From the NCBI GenBank assembly GCA_958296235.1, contig OY282457.1, positions 635,769 through 699,768 on the forward strand: a stretch of DNA of 64,000 nt, in the 5' to 3' direction. The DNA is from an uncultured Candidatus Binatia bacterium (GTDB taxonomy: Bacteria; Desulfobacterota; Binatia; Bin18). A model generated the notes under the pieces. It ran no database searches. It worked only from the letters and a program-made list of their open reading frames with translations, and was not told the origin of the DNA. Positions 17,153 to 26,949 of the stretch are shown here, piece by piece (position 1 is the stretch's first letter; every line of letters begins with the position of its first letter). Made by a program: the position numbers and the translations under genes.

Positions 17153-18774
17153 GCGCTCAGACGCCCGAATATCTTAGTCTGGAGGGTTTCCTGACCGGCA
17201 AAGCGCAGGCTGGCCTCCATGCCGGTGAGAGCGTCGGGCGAGAAACTGGCGCGCTCTTCCAGGGCGAGTCTGACTTCGTCTTCCCAGTCGATATCATCTG
17301 GAGTGAAAGTGACCAGCCCCAGCGCGTCAGCCGTCTCGGCGTCGATATCCCGCCCCATATACGACTGCAATTCCGCCATATGCTCCGCTTGCGCGGGGAA
17401 ACGGCTGGTCAGGCGCGTGCCGGCATTATTCATGGGGAGCGGCCCAAAGTTCAGCGGCGTCAAACGGAGCGTGGCCGGAGGCAAATCGCTCTCCGCAAAC
17501 CGGCCGGCCAGCATATACGACCGGTCAGCGGCCAGTACGAGTTCGAGCAGGGTACCAGTGAAACAACTGCCCGGCTCGATCAGGGCGATCAAGCTCCGCG
17601 CGCTCACGTCCAGGCGCTGCAAGGTGCGTTTGAGATAGAGGATAATCTCGCGGATCAGCCAGTCATCGGCATGCTCGACCAGGAGGCGGTCCGCGGCTTC
17701 GACCAGCGCGGCCTCACCTCTGGTACGAAAAACCCACGTCCCAATCTCTTCTTCATTCAGCCGCAGGTGCAGAATGGCGTCGTCAAACTCACGCGCGAGC
17801 GCCAGGGGCCAGAAGCGCGCCCCAGCAGTATGGACGGCTTCCAGTGTGGGCGGCAGGTCGCCGCTCGGCGCGTGGAGCGTGAACGCCGCGGTTCGCAGCG
17901 CGCGGTCCAGCTCGACCGTGAGGTGATCGTAGGTCAGAGTTGTTTCCTCAATGGATCGAGCCAGCGGAGTCAGGGCGACGCCGCCCGCAGCCGCCGGCCG
18001 GTCCGATTGGGCGGCAAAAGTCAAGGCGCGGGCGTGAACCGTTTCCTCAAAACGCGAGCGCGGAGCGATTTCGTCAACCAGCCGCCACTCCTGGGCCCGT
18101 TTTCCCCGCAGCCCCTCGGACGTGGTACACAGGAAATCGGCCCGGTCACGCCGCACATGCCGTTTATCAACCAGCCGCGTCAGGCCGCCGGTGCCAGGCA
18201 AGACCGCCAGCAACGGCAGCTCGGGCAGGGCTACCGCACTTGAGCCGTCGTCAACGAGAATAATATGTTCACACGCCAGGGCCAGTTCATAGCCACCGCC
18301 TGAGGCGGCCCCATTCACGGCGCACACATAGGTTTGCCCGGAGTAGGCGCTGGCATCCTCAATGCTATTGCGCGTCTCGTTCGTAAACTTGCAGAAGTTG
18401 ACTTTATGCGCGTGTGAAGACTGGGCCAGCATGCGAATGTTGGCCCCAGCACAAAAGACCTGGGGCTTGGCCGAACAGAGCACCACCGCAGCGACTTCGG
18501 GGTGCTCAAAGCGGAGGCGCTGGACTGCATCGTAGAGTTCTATGTCTACGCCCAGGTCGTACGAATTGAGTTTGAGGTCATAGCCCGGAACCAGGGGCGC
18601 GTCTTCCTGTACATCCATCGCCAGCGTGGCAATCCGGCCGTCAATCGACAGGGTCCAGTGCCGATAGCGCTCGGGCTGGGTCGAAAATTCGATTCTGCGC
18701 GCAGGGGATGGGGCTGACGCAGTTCGCGCCTCAGATTGCCGCGCCTGTTCATCAACCCGTATGGCCGTACTCAT
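17047..18774 (-). CDS. boxC: 2,3-epoxybenzoyl-CoA dihydrolase (BoxC, crotonase superfamily)
   Basis: 575 aa, HWTLSIDGRIATLAMDV...GYDLKLNSYDLGVDIEL...FCAGANI block as in BoxC. Confidence 0.8.
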   Translation of the reverse strand: MSTAIRVDEQARQSEARTASAPSPARRIEFSTQPERYRHWTLSIDGRIATLAMDVQEDAPLVPGYDLKLNSYDLGVDIELYDAVQRLRFEHPEVAAVVLCSAKPQVFCAGANIRMLAQSSHAHKVNFCKFTNETRNSIEDASAYSGQTYVCAVNGAASGGGYELALACEHIILVDDGSSAVALPELPLLAVLPGTGGLTRLVDKRHVRRDRADFLCTTSEGLRGKRAQEWRLVDEIAPRSRFEETVHARALTFAAQSDRPAAAGGVALTPLARSIEETTLTYDHLTVELDRALRTAAFTLHAPSGDLPPTLEAVHTAGARFWPLALAREFDDAILHLRLNEEEIGTWVFRTRGEAALVEAADRLLVEHADDWLIREIILYLKRTLQRLDVSARSLIALIEPGSCFTGTLLELVLAADRSYMLAGRFAESDLPPATLRLTPLNFGPLPMNNAGTRLTSRFPAQAEHMAELQSYMGRDIDAETADALGLVTFTPDDIDWEDEVRLALEERASFSPDALTGMEASLRFAGQETLQTKIFGRLSAWQNWIFQRPNAVGEDGALTLYGTGKQSRFRKQRV

Positions 18775-18882
18775 GGGACGCCTCGTCTCTGCTCTGTGTG
18801 TTTCACTGTATCGTCATTGAAAAGTCTATGCCAGCTACCGACGACACTCCCAGGATTTTCCTTTTGTGCTACAGTCTTCAGC

Positions 18883-20307
18883 ATGAAAATTGGTCCCAGT
18901 CCGCAAGAGCTCCAACAGGCCCTCTCTGAAGCCGCGGCATGGGTCGCCTCCTATTTGCAGCAGGTCGGCGACCGGCCGGTTCTGGCGCGTGTCTCACCGG
19001 GCGACATCGCAGCAAGTCTGCCCGAGAGCCCACCCGAACACGGCGAGGCGCTGGAGGCCATTCTCACCGACATCGACCGTCTCATTCTGCCCGGCATTAC
19101 CCACTGGAATCATCCGGCTTTCTTTGCCTATTTTGGGATTAGCGGGTCGGGCCCCGGCATTGTGGGCGAACTGATTTCCGCGGCGCTCAACGTCAATGCC
19201 ATGCTGTGGCGCACCTCGCCCGCGGCAACCGAGCTGGAACAGCGCACGCTGCAATGGGTGGCCGAGATGCTCGGTTTACCCACGGACTGGTTCGGAGAAA
19301 TCACAGATACGGCCTCAGCCTCCTCTTTATACGCGCTGGCCGCGGCGCGTGAAGCGGCCGGCCTGGACATTCGTGAGCGCGGCATGGCCGGTCGGGACGA
19401 TCTGCCACCGCTGGCGCTGTATACGTCAACCCATGCGCATAGTTCGATTGATAAAGCGGCCATTGCGCTGGGAATCGGGCGGCGTTGGACCAGGCATATT
19501 AAAACGGACGACAGGTTTCGGATGCGACCGGACCGTTTGGAGCAGGCCATTGCGAGCGACGTGGCGGCCGGGGTCAAACCCGTTGCCGTTGTGGCAACGG
19601 TCGGCACGACCTCGTCGACCAGCATTGACCCGATTCCGGCTATTGTGGATATTTGCGAACGATATCAGGTATGGCTGCACGTTGACGCCGCCTATGGTGG
19701 AGCCGCAGCCCTGGTTCCGTCGCATCGCGGCGTACTGGCGGGGTGTGAGCGGGCCGACTCGTTTGTCACCAACCCCCACAAGTGGCTGCTGACCCCCATA
19801 GATTGCAGCCTGCTGTATACCCGCCGGCCCGACGACCTCAAACGCGCCTTTTCGCTGATGGCCGAATATCTCAGAACCGACGAGCAGGATGTCGTCAACC
19901 TTATGGACTACGGCCTGTCTCTGGGCCGGCGCTTTCGGGCACTCAAACTGTGGATGGTCATCCGTGCCTATGGTCGGGCTGGGCTGGCCGCCATCATTGG
20001 CGGCCATATGCGGGAAGCGCACTGGCTGGCCGAGCAAATCGACGCCGCCTCAGGCTGGGAACGGCTGGCGCCGGTCCCGTTCTCCACCGTCTGTTTCCGA
20101 CACGTCCCGGCCGGCGACCGCGACCCGGATGCGCACAATGCCGCCCTTATTGACGCGGTGAACGCCAGCGGGCAAGCGTTCTTGTCGCACACCCGGCTGA
20201 ACGACCGGTATGCCATCCGCGTTGCTATCGGCAACCAGGCCACCAGGCATGAACATGTAACGCGGGTATGGGCGTTATTGCAGGCCGCGGCGGAGCAGTC
20301 GGACTGA
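18883..20307 (+). CDS. PLP-dependent group II decarboxylase (aromatic-L-amino-acid/tyrosine decarboxylase family)
   Basis: Start MKIGPS at ATG 18883. HWNHPAFFAYF, NPHKWL (PLP-lysine), SLGRRFRALKLW motifs. Confidence 0.8.
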   Translation: MKIGPSPQELQQALSEAAAWVASYLQQVGDRPVLARVSPGDIAASLPESPPEHGEALEAILTDIDRLILPGITHWNHPAFFAYFGISGSGPGIVGELISAALNVNAMLWRTSPAATELEQRTLQWVAEMLGLPTDWFGEITDTASASSLYALAAAREAAGLDIRERGMAGRDDLPPLALYTSTHAHSSIDKAAIALGIGRRWTRHIKTDDRFRMRPDRLEQAIASDVAAGVKPVAVVATVGTTSSTSIDPIPAIVDICERYQVWLHVDAAYGGAAALVPSHRGVLAGCERADSFVTNPHKWLLTPIDCSLLYTRRPDDLKRAFSLMAEYLRTDEQDVVNLMDYGLSLGRRFRALKLWMVIRAYGRAGLAAIIGGHMREAHWLAEQIDAASGWERLAPVPFSTVCFRHVPAGDRDPDAHNAALIDAVNASGQAFLSHTRLNDRYAIRVAIGNQATRHEHVTRVWALLQAAAEQSD

Positions 20308-20316
20308 GAGACGGCC

Positions 20317-21567
20317 TTACGATGTCTGGCGCGCAGGGCCGTTTTGGTCTGATTGTTGCGGAGGAGACGGACGTTCCTTGAGACGCACGCTCACGCTCGC
20401 CGGGTCCATACCGGCGACCTGGAGGCCGAGGGGGACATTAATATCGCGCTCGGTCAGGGGAAGGCGGCTCCGCCCGGCCCGAGCGCTTGAAAGATCGACC
20501 TGCGCCCGCAGGCCACGCGGGTCAAGCAAGGCCAGCAGCTCACGCGATCCCCGCACCCGCAGATAGACCTCTTGGGTGTTCTTGCCGGCCATGTCCAAAT
20601 GCCTGGGGATATTGTAGTAGACCACAGGAACCGCAAACCCGACCTCAGTGTTTTGCGGGCCAACCAGGATCAGCCAGAGGACGCAGACTGCCGCCAGGGC
20701 GCCCAGCTTGGGGCGGATATTGGTCTTCAGCATGTCACGCCAGCGCCAGTGGGTACGCCTTTTCCTGGTCCCGGAAAGACGCAGATTCAGCCAGGTCAAC
20801 AGGCCGGCCGATTCCGGCAGCGTCACCATACCGCCCCGGTCGACAACGGAGACCTCGCCCCGCTCTTCCGAAACAACGACAGACAGCGCGTCGGAACGCT
20901 CCGTAATTCCCAGCGCGGCCCGATGACGAGTCCCATACGTATAGGGCAGCGAACGTGACTCTGAAAGCGGCAAAATACAGCCCGCCCGGCAGACCCGCCC
21001 GGCCCGAAAATAAACGGCGCCGTCGTGCAGCGGGCTGGAGGGCGTAAACAGATTATCAAGCAGCAAATCGCTGACCGCGGCATCAATCAGGACGCCCTGG
21101 CTGCGCAAGAGAGGTTCGACCGGATCGTTCCGTTCAAAAACGAGGATGGCGCCGCGGCGCTTTTTCGCCAGGCTGAAACACGTCTCCGCTATTGTGACCA
21201 GGAAATCGGCAACCCAAGTCTCAGCAGAGGTTCGACGAAACATCTTTGGAGTGGACAGGACAGGGTTGACCTGCTCAAGAATCTGACGAATTTCAGCCTG
21301 GAACACGACAACGACCAGAATAAAGGCCGCGGCCCAAATACCACCCAGCACCCAGGTGGTTAAAAAAAGCCCCGCTTGGCTGGCCAGGAAATAGAACAGA
21401 CCGAGTACGGCCAGCCCCACGCCTATCCGTGCGGCCTGCGTACCACGAAAGCGGATGTAGGCCTGGTATACGACAAACGCCATACAGGCGATGTCGATCA
21501 TATCTCGCCAGCGAAATTCCCAGCCGAGACGCCAATCGGGCGGTAGGAAATCCAAAAATTCTGTCAC
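20317..21567 (-). CDS. cdaA: Diadenylate cyclase CdaA (3 TM helices + DAC domain) fused to a TM helix and a YbbR/CdaR-like domain
   Basis: DAC motifs LHDGAVYFR, YGTRHRAALGITE. After a further TM helix (LGALAAVCVLWLILV) there is a YbbR-like beta-rich segment. GTG start at 21567. Confidence 0.7.
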   Translation of the reverse strand: MTEFLDFLPPDWRLGWEFRWRDMIDIACMAFVVYQAYIRFRGTQAARIGVGLAVLGLFYFLASQAGLFLTTWVLGGIWAAAFILVVVVFQAEIRQILEQVNPVLSTPKMFRRTSAETWVADFLVTIAETCFSLAKKRRGAILVFERNDPVEPLLRSQGVLIDAAVSDLLLDNLFTPSSPLHDGAVYFRAGRVCRAGCILPLSESRSLPYTYGTRHRAALGITERSDALSVVVSEERGEVSVVDRGGMVTLPESAGLLTWLNLRLSGTRKRRTHWRWRDMLKTNIRPKLGALAAVCVLWLILVGPQNTEVGFAVPVVYYNIPRHLDMAGKNTQEVYLRVRGSRELLALLDPRGLRAQVDLSSARAGRSRLPLTERDINVPLGLQVAGMDPASVSVRLKERPSPPQQSDQNGPARQTS

Positions 21568-21573
21568 GCTTTG

Positions 21574-21948
21574 TTACTCGGTGTAGTTCTCGTAAAAAAC
21601 ATAACTGGTTGAATAATCACTGAATTCAAAATAGACCTTCTTCTCGCCTTCATCGACCCGGAAATTCAAATTCTGGTCGGCATAGCCATAGCCAAAACGG
21701 TAGGGTCTCGCCGTACTTCCGTCGCCGGTTGCCGCCGCGGTGCTGAGCTTATCGATCTCAATAAAGCGCAGCACAAGCTTTTCTCCGGCATAAATATCCA
21801 ACACGCCGTTGGTGCCCGTCCAGTTTTGAATGGAACGGCTCAGCATATTCTGCGATTCCTGCGTACAACCAGCGAATCCTCCCGCCAGCCCACCCAGGAG
21901 AAGTCCGGCGACAATGCTGCTTCGAGAATACTTCCACAAGCCCTGCAT
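21574..21948 (-). CDS. Lipoprotein (hypothetical), upstream of cdaA
   Basis: Signal peptide with lipobox LAGGFAGC. 7-bp gap to cdaA. Confidence 0.55.
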   Translation of the reverse strand: MQGLWKYSRSSIVAGLLLGGLAGGFAGCTQESQNMLSRSIQNWTGTNGVLDIYAGEKLVLRFIEIDKLSTAAATGDGSTARPYRFGYGYADQNLNFRVDEGEKKVYFEFSDYSTSYVFYENYTE

Positions 21949-22123
21949 AAATAATTCCTTACACGCGAACGTCTCTCATGGTTCAGATTATCATTCCTCC
22001 TTGCCACACGCAAAATACGGCGTAGTTTTTCCACTCCCCTACACGTCTCAACAGTGCACTCTTGACCCTCCCCCAGGGAACCCATACTGAGCAGAGAGAA
22101 ACTTCTACCTGGCTGTCCATTCC

Positions 22124-22190
22124 CCACTACCCACTACCCACTACCCATTCCCCACTATCCACTAATCACTACCCACTATCCACTATCCAC
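22124..22190. repeat. Heptanucleotide tandem repeat (CCACTAY)x~9.5 abutting the degT-like start codon
   Basis: ccactac x3, ccattcc, ccactat, ccactaa, tcactac, ccactat x2, ccac-ATG. No purine-rich SD. Confidence 0.8.
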
Positions 22191-23303
22191 ATGGCCATTC
22201 CCTTGCTCGACCTCACAGCTCAATACGCCACCCTCCGGCAGGAAATCCAGGCTGCGGTTGCGCGCGTTCTGGAGTCTCAGCAATTCATTCTGGGACCAGA
22301 GGTGGAAGCCTTGGAGCAGGAGGTCGCCGCCTACTCTGGGTGTCGGTACGGGATCGGGGTATCATCCGGCACGGATGCCCTGCTGGTCGCCCTGATGGCG
22401 ATCGACATTCAGCCGGACGATGAAGTCATCACTTCGCCGTATACCTTTTTCGCCTCAGTCGGGAGCATTGCCCGCCTCGGAGCGCGGCCGGTTTTTGTTG
22501 ATATTGACCCGCTGACGTATAATCTGGACCCGGCCCGGATTGAAGCCGTCATCACCCCGCGGACTCGGGCCATTATCCCGGTTCATCTGTTTGGCCAGAT
22601 GGCGGACATGGACCCGATGCTTGAGATTGCCGCTCGCCGGAATCTTTTTCTGATCGAAGACGCGGCTCAGGCAGTTGGCGCAGAATACAAAGATAAGCGC
22701 GCCGGCTCGCTTGGGCATTTGGGGTGTTTGAGTTTTTTCCCTTCTAAAAATCTGGGTGGCTATGGTGACGGTGGGATGGTGATTACCAATGACGCGCAGC
22801 TGACCCAACGGGTCAGACAGCTACGGAGTCATGGGGAGCAGGCCAGGTATGAGCATACGCGGGTGGGCGGAAATTTTCGTCTGGACGCCCTCCAGGCCGC
22901 AGTGCTGCGCGTCAAACTGCGGCATTTAGATGCCTGGACGGCTGCCCGGCAGCGCAATGCCGACACCTATCGCCGGCTGTTTGCTGCCCACGGACTCGGA
23001 GAGATGAGTCTGCCGGTCGAGGCCCCGCAGCGGCGCCATGTCTATAATCAGTTTGTGGTCCAGAGCGCCCACCGGGACGTTCTGTTGGCACGGCTTCAGC
23101 GCGAGGGGATCGGTACGGCCATTTACTATCCGACACCGCTCCATCTCCAGCCCTGTTTTGCCGCTTTGGGCTATGAGCGTGGAGCCTTCTCCCACAGCGA
23201 ATACGCAGCAATGCACAGCCTGGCCCTGCCCATCTATCCAGAGCTTACCCCGGCCATGCAGGAAGAGGTGGTGCGGGCTATTGCGGCATTTCATCGACAC
23301 TAG
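22191..23303 (+). CDS. DegT/DnrJ/EryC1/StrS-family PLP aminotransferase (sugar aminotransferase)
   Basis: MAIPLLDLTAQYATLRQEI canonical N-terminus. 370 aa. Confidence 0.85.
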   Translation: MAIPLLDLTAQYATLRQEIQAAVARVLESQQFILGPEVEALEQEVAAYSGCRYGIGVSSGTDALLVALMAIDIQPDDEVITSPYTFFASVGSIARLGARPVFVDIDPLTYNLDPARIEAVITPRTRAIIPVHLFGQMADMDPMLEIAARRNLFLIEDAAQAVGAEYKDKRAGSLGHLGCLSFFPSKNLGGYGDGGMVITNDAQLTQRVRQLRSHGEQARYEHTRVGGNFRLDALQAAVLRVKLRHLDAWTAARQRNADTYRRLFAAHGLGEMSLPVEAPQRRHVYNQFVVQSAHRDVLLARLQREGIGTAIYYPTPLHLQPCFAALGYERGAFSHSEYAAMHSLALPIYPELTPAMQEEVVRAIAAFHRH

Positions 23304-23328
23304 AGCAAATTACGGTTCTGTGTAGCCA

Positions 23329-23450
23329 CTTGTCATTCCTGCGGAGGCAGGAATCCAGGCCCCCAGCCCCCGCCGCCGGCTGGATGCCGGATCACGTCCG
23401 GCATGACGGGAGCCCCCAGCACGGCTACAGACGAGCGTAAAACACTCTAG
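23329..23450. repeat. MITE-like element, family C copy 1 (terminal inverted repeats gtcattcc.gcg / c.ggcatgac)
   Basis: Matches 42947-43066: shared tcgtcattcc...atccaggccc...ggatgccggatca..tccggcatgac...ggctaca...gcgtaaa...ctag. Confidence 0.6.
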
Positions 23451-23541
23451 GCGGGCGCCCGCTCCGTCCAAACATTGACAGTTCATCTGCGGAGAGCGAT
23501 AATTCCTCACACTTTCATTCCCTGCAAGAGGAGCAGCTACC

Positions 23542-24573
23542 ATGCGATTTGGTCTTGGCCCATTCTCGATGCAGTCGCCGCCAGGCTCCGGCAAGACCCA
23601 CGCCGAGCTCTACCGGGAAATGCTTGAGCAGATTGTCATTGCCGAGGACATTGGTTTTGAATCCGCCTGGCTGGTCGAGCACCATTTTATGGAAGACGGC
23701 ATGTGCCCTTCCCTGCTCGTCACCGCCGCGGCCATGGCGGCCCGGACATCCACGCTCACCATCGGGACGAGTATGTACCTCCTGCCGCTGCATCGCCCTG
23801 TTCAGACCGCGGAAGATGTTGCTGTGCTCGACGCGATTGCAGAGGGTCGTTTGATCTTCGGCGTGGCCACTGGCTATCGTCCAGAGGAGTACGCCGGCTA
23901 TGAGGAGCAGCGCAGCGGACGTGAAAAACGCATGGAGGAGGAACTTGAAATCATCATCAAGAGCTGGACAACCGAGAGCTTCTCGTTCTCGGGTCGCTAT
24001 TACGATGTGAAGGACCTGCGTGTGACACCCAAACCCCACCAGCGCCCCCATCCCCCTATCTGGATTGGGGCCTCAACTCCCGGCGGTGTACGCCGAGCGG
24101 CCCAGTGGGGCTCTGCGCTAGTGGCGTCTCCGCGCCATCATATCAACGAGTTGAAAGAGCACTACCGGCTCTATCGCCAGCAGTTGGAGCGTTTTCATAA
24201 AACGGCCAGCGCAACCCCGGTTATTCGTGAAGTCTATGTGGCAGAAACCACAGCCCAGGCGGAAGAAGAAGCGCGTGCCGGCATTATGTATATCCACGGC
24301 GGCATGTACGGAAAATGGGCCAATGTTCGGCCGCTGAGAGATGACGCCGGCCAAGTTGTGGAAAATCCCGCCAGCGTCACATTTGATACCCATCGTGAGC
24401 GGTTCATTATTGGCGACCCGGATCATTGCATTCGAGAAATTGAAAAATATCAGCGAGAGCTTGGCATGGATTATCTGATCTGCTGGATGCACTACCCAGG
24501 GGCAGAGCACGCCAAGACGGTCCGAGCCATGCGCTTATTTGCCAAAGAAGTGATGCCCCATTTTCAAGACTGA
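23542..24573 (+). CDS. LLM-class flavin/F420-dependent oxidoreductase
   Basis: 343 aa, IGFESAWLVEHHF. Paralogous in pattern to 626-1642. Confidence 0.8.
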   Translation: MRFGLGPFSMQSPPGSGKTHAELYREMLEQIVIAEDIGFESAWLVEHHFMEDGMCPSLLVTAAAMAARTSTLTIGTSMYLLPLHRPVQTAEDVAVLDAIAEGRLIFGVATGYRPEEYAGYEEQRSGREKRMEEELEIIIKSWTTESFSFSGRYYDVKDLRVTPKPHQRPHPPIWIGASTPGGVRRAAQWGSALVASPRHHINELKEHYRLYRQQLERFHKTASATPVIREVYVAETTAQAEEEARAGIMYIHGGMYGKWANVRPLRDDAGQVVENPASVTFDTHRERFIIGDPDHCIREIEKYQRELGMDYLICWMHYPGAEHAKTVRAMRLFAKEVMPHFQD

Positions 24574-24588
24574 AGAACGGAGGACACA

Positions 24589-25401
24589 ATGGGCAGAAAC
24601 TGGATCGATCTCAATAGTGATATGGGCGAGTCGTTTGGCAACTTCGTGCTGGGCCGACCGGAAGAGGTCATGCAGCGCATCTCCCACGCCAATATTGCCT
24701 GCGGTTTTCATGCCGGTGACCCGAGCTGGATGAGCCGCACGGTGGAATGGGCCAAAACGTACGGGGTCACGGTGGGGGCCCACCCTGGCTTTCCCGATTT
24801 GCTGGGCTTTGGCCGACGGCTGATGAATATCACCCATCAGGAGGCGACCGATTATGTCGTCTATCAGGCCGGCGCCCTCAAGGCATTCTGTGCAATGCAC
24901 GGCCTCACGCTTCAGGCCGCCAAGCCGCATGGGGCGTTCTTTTCGTGGGGGATACAGTCCGAAGACAACGCCCGCGCCATTCTGGAGGGTTTTCAGGCGG
25001 TTGATCCCCACCTCACCGTCTATCTGCCCGCCCTGCCCTCTTTTCCGCTGGTCTCTACCGCAGAAAAGATGGGGTTTCGGGTTGTCAAGGAATTCTATCC
25101 GGGTCTCAACTACGATGAGACTGGCGCGATTACCGTTAAGCGCTCGTATGGCACCGAAGATGTGGAAGAGATCGTTGAGCTCGTGCTGCGATTTGCTGTT
25201 GACGGACAGACAACGGCAGACACGGGAGCGGTGATCGACGTTGAGGGAGAAAGCGTGTGCGTCCACGGGGATGTGGTCAACGCCCCGGAGGTCCTTGACG
25301 GGCTGCACGCCGCCCTGCAACGGGAAGGCATCGCCATTCGGAGCGCGATTCATACCGAGAATGCGGACATTCTGCCTTTGCGGCAGCGGGTGAGCGCCTA
25401 G
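24589..25401 (+). CDS. pxpA: 5-oxoprolinase subunit A (LamB/YcsF family)
   Basis: IDLNSDMGESFG, ACGFHAGDP motifs. Confidence 0.85.
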   Translation: MGRNWIDLNSDMGESFGNFVLGRPEEVMQRISHANIACGFHAGDPSWMSRTVEWAKTYGVTVGAHPGFPDLLGFGRRLMNITHQEATDYVVYQAGALKAFCAMHGLTLQAAKPHGAFFSWGIQSEDNARAILEGFQAVDPHLTVYLPALPSFPLVSTAEKMGFRVVKEFYPGLNYDETGAITVKRSYGTEDVEEIVELVLRFAVDGQTTADTGAVIDVEGESVCVHGDVVNAPEVLDGLHAALQREGIAIRSAIHTENADILPLRQRVSA

Positions 25402-25468
25402 CCTCTGAGGCGTGGCTCTCCTCGGCAATTCTGATCTGGAGCAGCGGTTCGTGGAACAGGGTGGAGCG

Positions 25469-26344
25469 ATGTCAGAGACGCGCTATGACTATGGTGGCGA
25501 TGAATATCTGCTGGTGGTCTTCAGCGAGGCAATGGACCTCGCCATTAACTTCAAACTACAGTCGATCTGTCGCGAGATTGAGCGCCGGCGTCTCCCCGGC
25601 GTCATTGAGGTCTGCCCGGCCAACGCCTCCTATATGGTCCATTTCCGGCCCGAAGAGACCCATCCCGACGCCCTGATCCGAACCCTCAAGGACCTCGAAC
25701 GCGAGATTCAGTCCGCGGAAACACTGACCTCCCGGCTGGTCGATATCCCGGTGCTGTTCGATGATCCCTGGACCCAGGAGTGCGCCAAACGCTTTGCCGA
25801 CCGGCACCAGGACCCGTCGGTGTCCAACCTCGAATACCTGATGCGGGAGAACGGCTATTCCTCGAAGGAGGAATTCATTACCGCCTACTGCGACCGGCCG
25901 TACTGGATATCCATGGTCGGTTTCGTGCCCGGTACGGCCTGGTGCTATCGCATGTGCCCGCCCGAGCAGGCCATTCAGGCTCCCAAATACATCCGCCCAC
26001 GCACGGACACCCCTGAGCGCGCCGTCGCTCATGCCGGCGTGTTTCTCTGTATTTACCCCGTGCAGGGGCCGGGCGGGTATCAGATGGTCGGCATGTCTGC
26101 GGTGCCCGTGTATGACCCGGAGGAGCGTATGCCAGACCTCCAGGGCCGCTATATTCTGGCCCAGGCCGGGGATCGCTGGCAATTCCGGCCCATTGATATG
26201 GATGAGTATAATGACATCCGCGCCCAGGTCGAAGCCGGCAGCTATCGCTATCGGATCGTCGAACAGGACTTTCAGCCGAGCCGCTACCTGGACGACCCCG
26301 CGGCCTACCTGAAGCGGCTGAAAGAAGAAGCCGGGACATGCTGA
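25469..26344 (+). CDS. pxpB: 5-oxoprolinase subunit B (KipI/allophanate hydrolase subunit 1 family)
   Basis: MSETRYDYGGDEYLLVVF, CPANASYMVHF motifs. Stop overlaps the original pxpC ATG at 26338. Confidence 0.8.
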   Translation: MSETRYDYGGDEYLLVVFSEAMDLAINFKLQSICREIERRRLPGVIEVCPANASYMVHFRPEETHPDALIRTLKDLEREIQSAETLTSRLVDIPVLFDDPWTQECAKRFADRHQDPSVSNLEYLMRENGYSSKEEFITAYCDRPYWISMVGFVPGTAWCYRMCPPEQAIQAPKYIRPRTDTPERAVAHAGVFLCIYPVQGPGGYQMVGMSAVPVYDPEERMPDLQGRYILAQAGDRWQFRPIDMDEYNDIRAQVEAGSYRYRIVEQDFQPSRYLDDPAAYLKRLKEEAGTC

Positions 26345-26526
26345 ACGTCATCGAGCCCGGCCTGTCGACCACCGTCCAGGACCTCGGGCGGCTGCACTGG
26401 TACCACATCGGCATGCCGCCGGCACAAACAGCGGGGGGCGAATCACAACCACTGGGGAGCAGACAGGAGCAAGGCTGTGAGTTGGAGGCGCACAGAGAGA
26501 GTAACCACAACTCCCAGCCGGATTGA
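26338..26526 (+). pseudogene. Orphaned 5' fragment of pxpC (first 28 codons intact, then unrelated sequence)
   Basis: MLNVIEPGLSTTVQDLGRLHWYHIGMPP is identical to the start of the intact pxpC at 27389. It diverges at 26421. Confidence 0.6.
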
Positions 26527-26752
26527 GGTGAACATCCGGGCCATTCCACGCCTTTCCCCTGACGGCTGGAAGCTTCACTCGCTTACAGAGAAGATCCCAA
26601 TCTCACTCGTTGGCGCCGTTCCGAAAAACTATTTGTCCTATGGCGACCCCCGCTCTCCTGCAGTCGTTGGCTACATTGCAAAAAAGGGCCGACAGCAAGC
26701 CGCCGCGCGCGAATGTGTGACCGAGGAGATCATTAAAATCATTTTGAGTTGA
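26477..26752 (+). CDS. Hypothetical ORF A of inserted cassette
   Basis: 91-aa ORF. Its stop overlaps the start of ORF B. No recognisable domain. Confidence 0.2.
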   Translation: MSWRRTERVTTTPSRIEVNIRAIPRLSPDGWKLHSLTEKIPISLVGAVPKNYLSYGDPRSPAVVGYIAKKGRQQAAARECVTEEIIKIILS

Positions 26753-26949
26753 TCGCCTGGATCATGGAGAACCATCCGAATACGCTTGGGAAACCAATTC
26801 GTAAGCTCTTTAGAGCGATTCACCTTCCATCCATTGAGCGCATGCTCCAGCAGCGGTTTCGTAGGGTTGTCACACCGCTCCGAATTCGGTGTATTATGGA
26901 ACTCCTGACCTTTCGGATTAAACATCTTCAACGAGAGGTTCTGCTATGA
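26749..26949 (+). CDS. Hypothetical ORF B of inserted cassette (weak HTH-like LGKPIRKLFRAIHLPSIERML segment)
   Basis: TTG 26749 or ATG 26764. Stop TGA overlaps the ATG of the HipS-like ORF (ATGA). Confidence 0.25.
   Translation: MIAWIMENHPNTLGKPIRKLFRAIHLPSIERMLQQRFRRVVTPLRIRCIMELLTFRIKHLQREVLL

Noticed and set aside
16058-18243. Long plus-strand ORFs (219, 423, 139 aa) opposite boxB/boxC
   Set aside because: High-GC antisense shadow ORFs. The minus-strand products have strong BoxB/BoxC identity.
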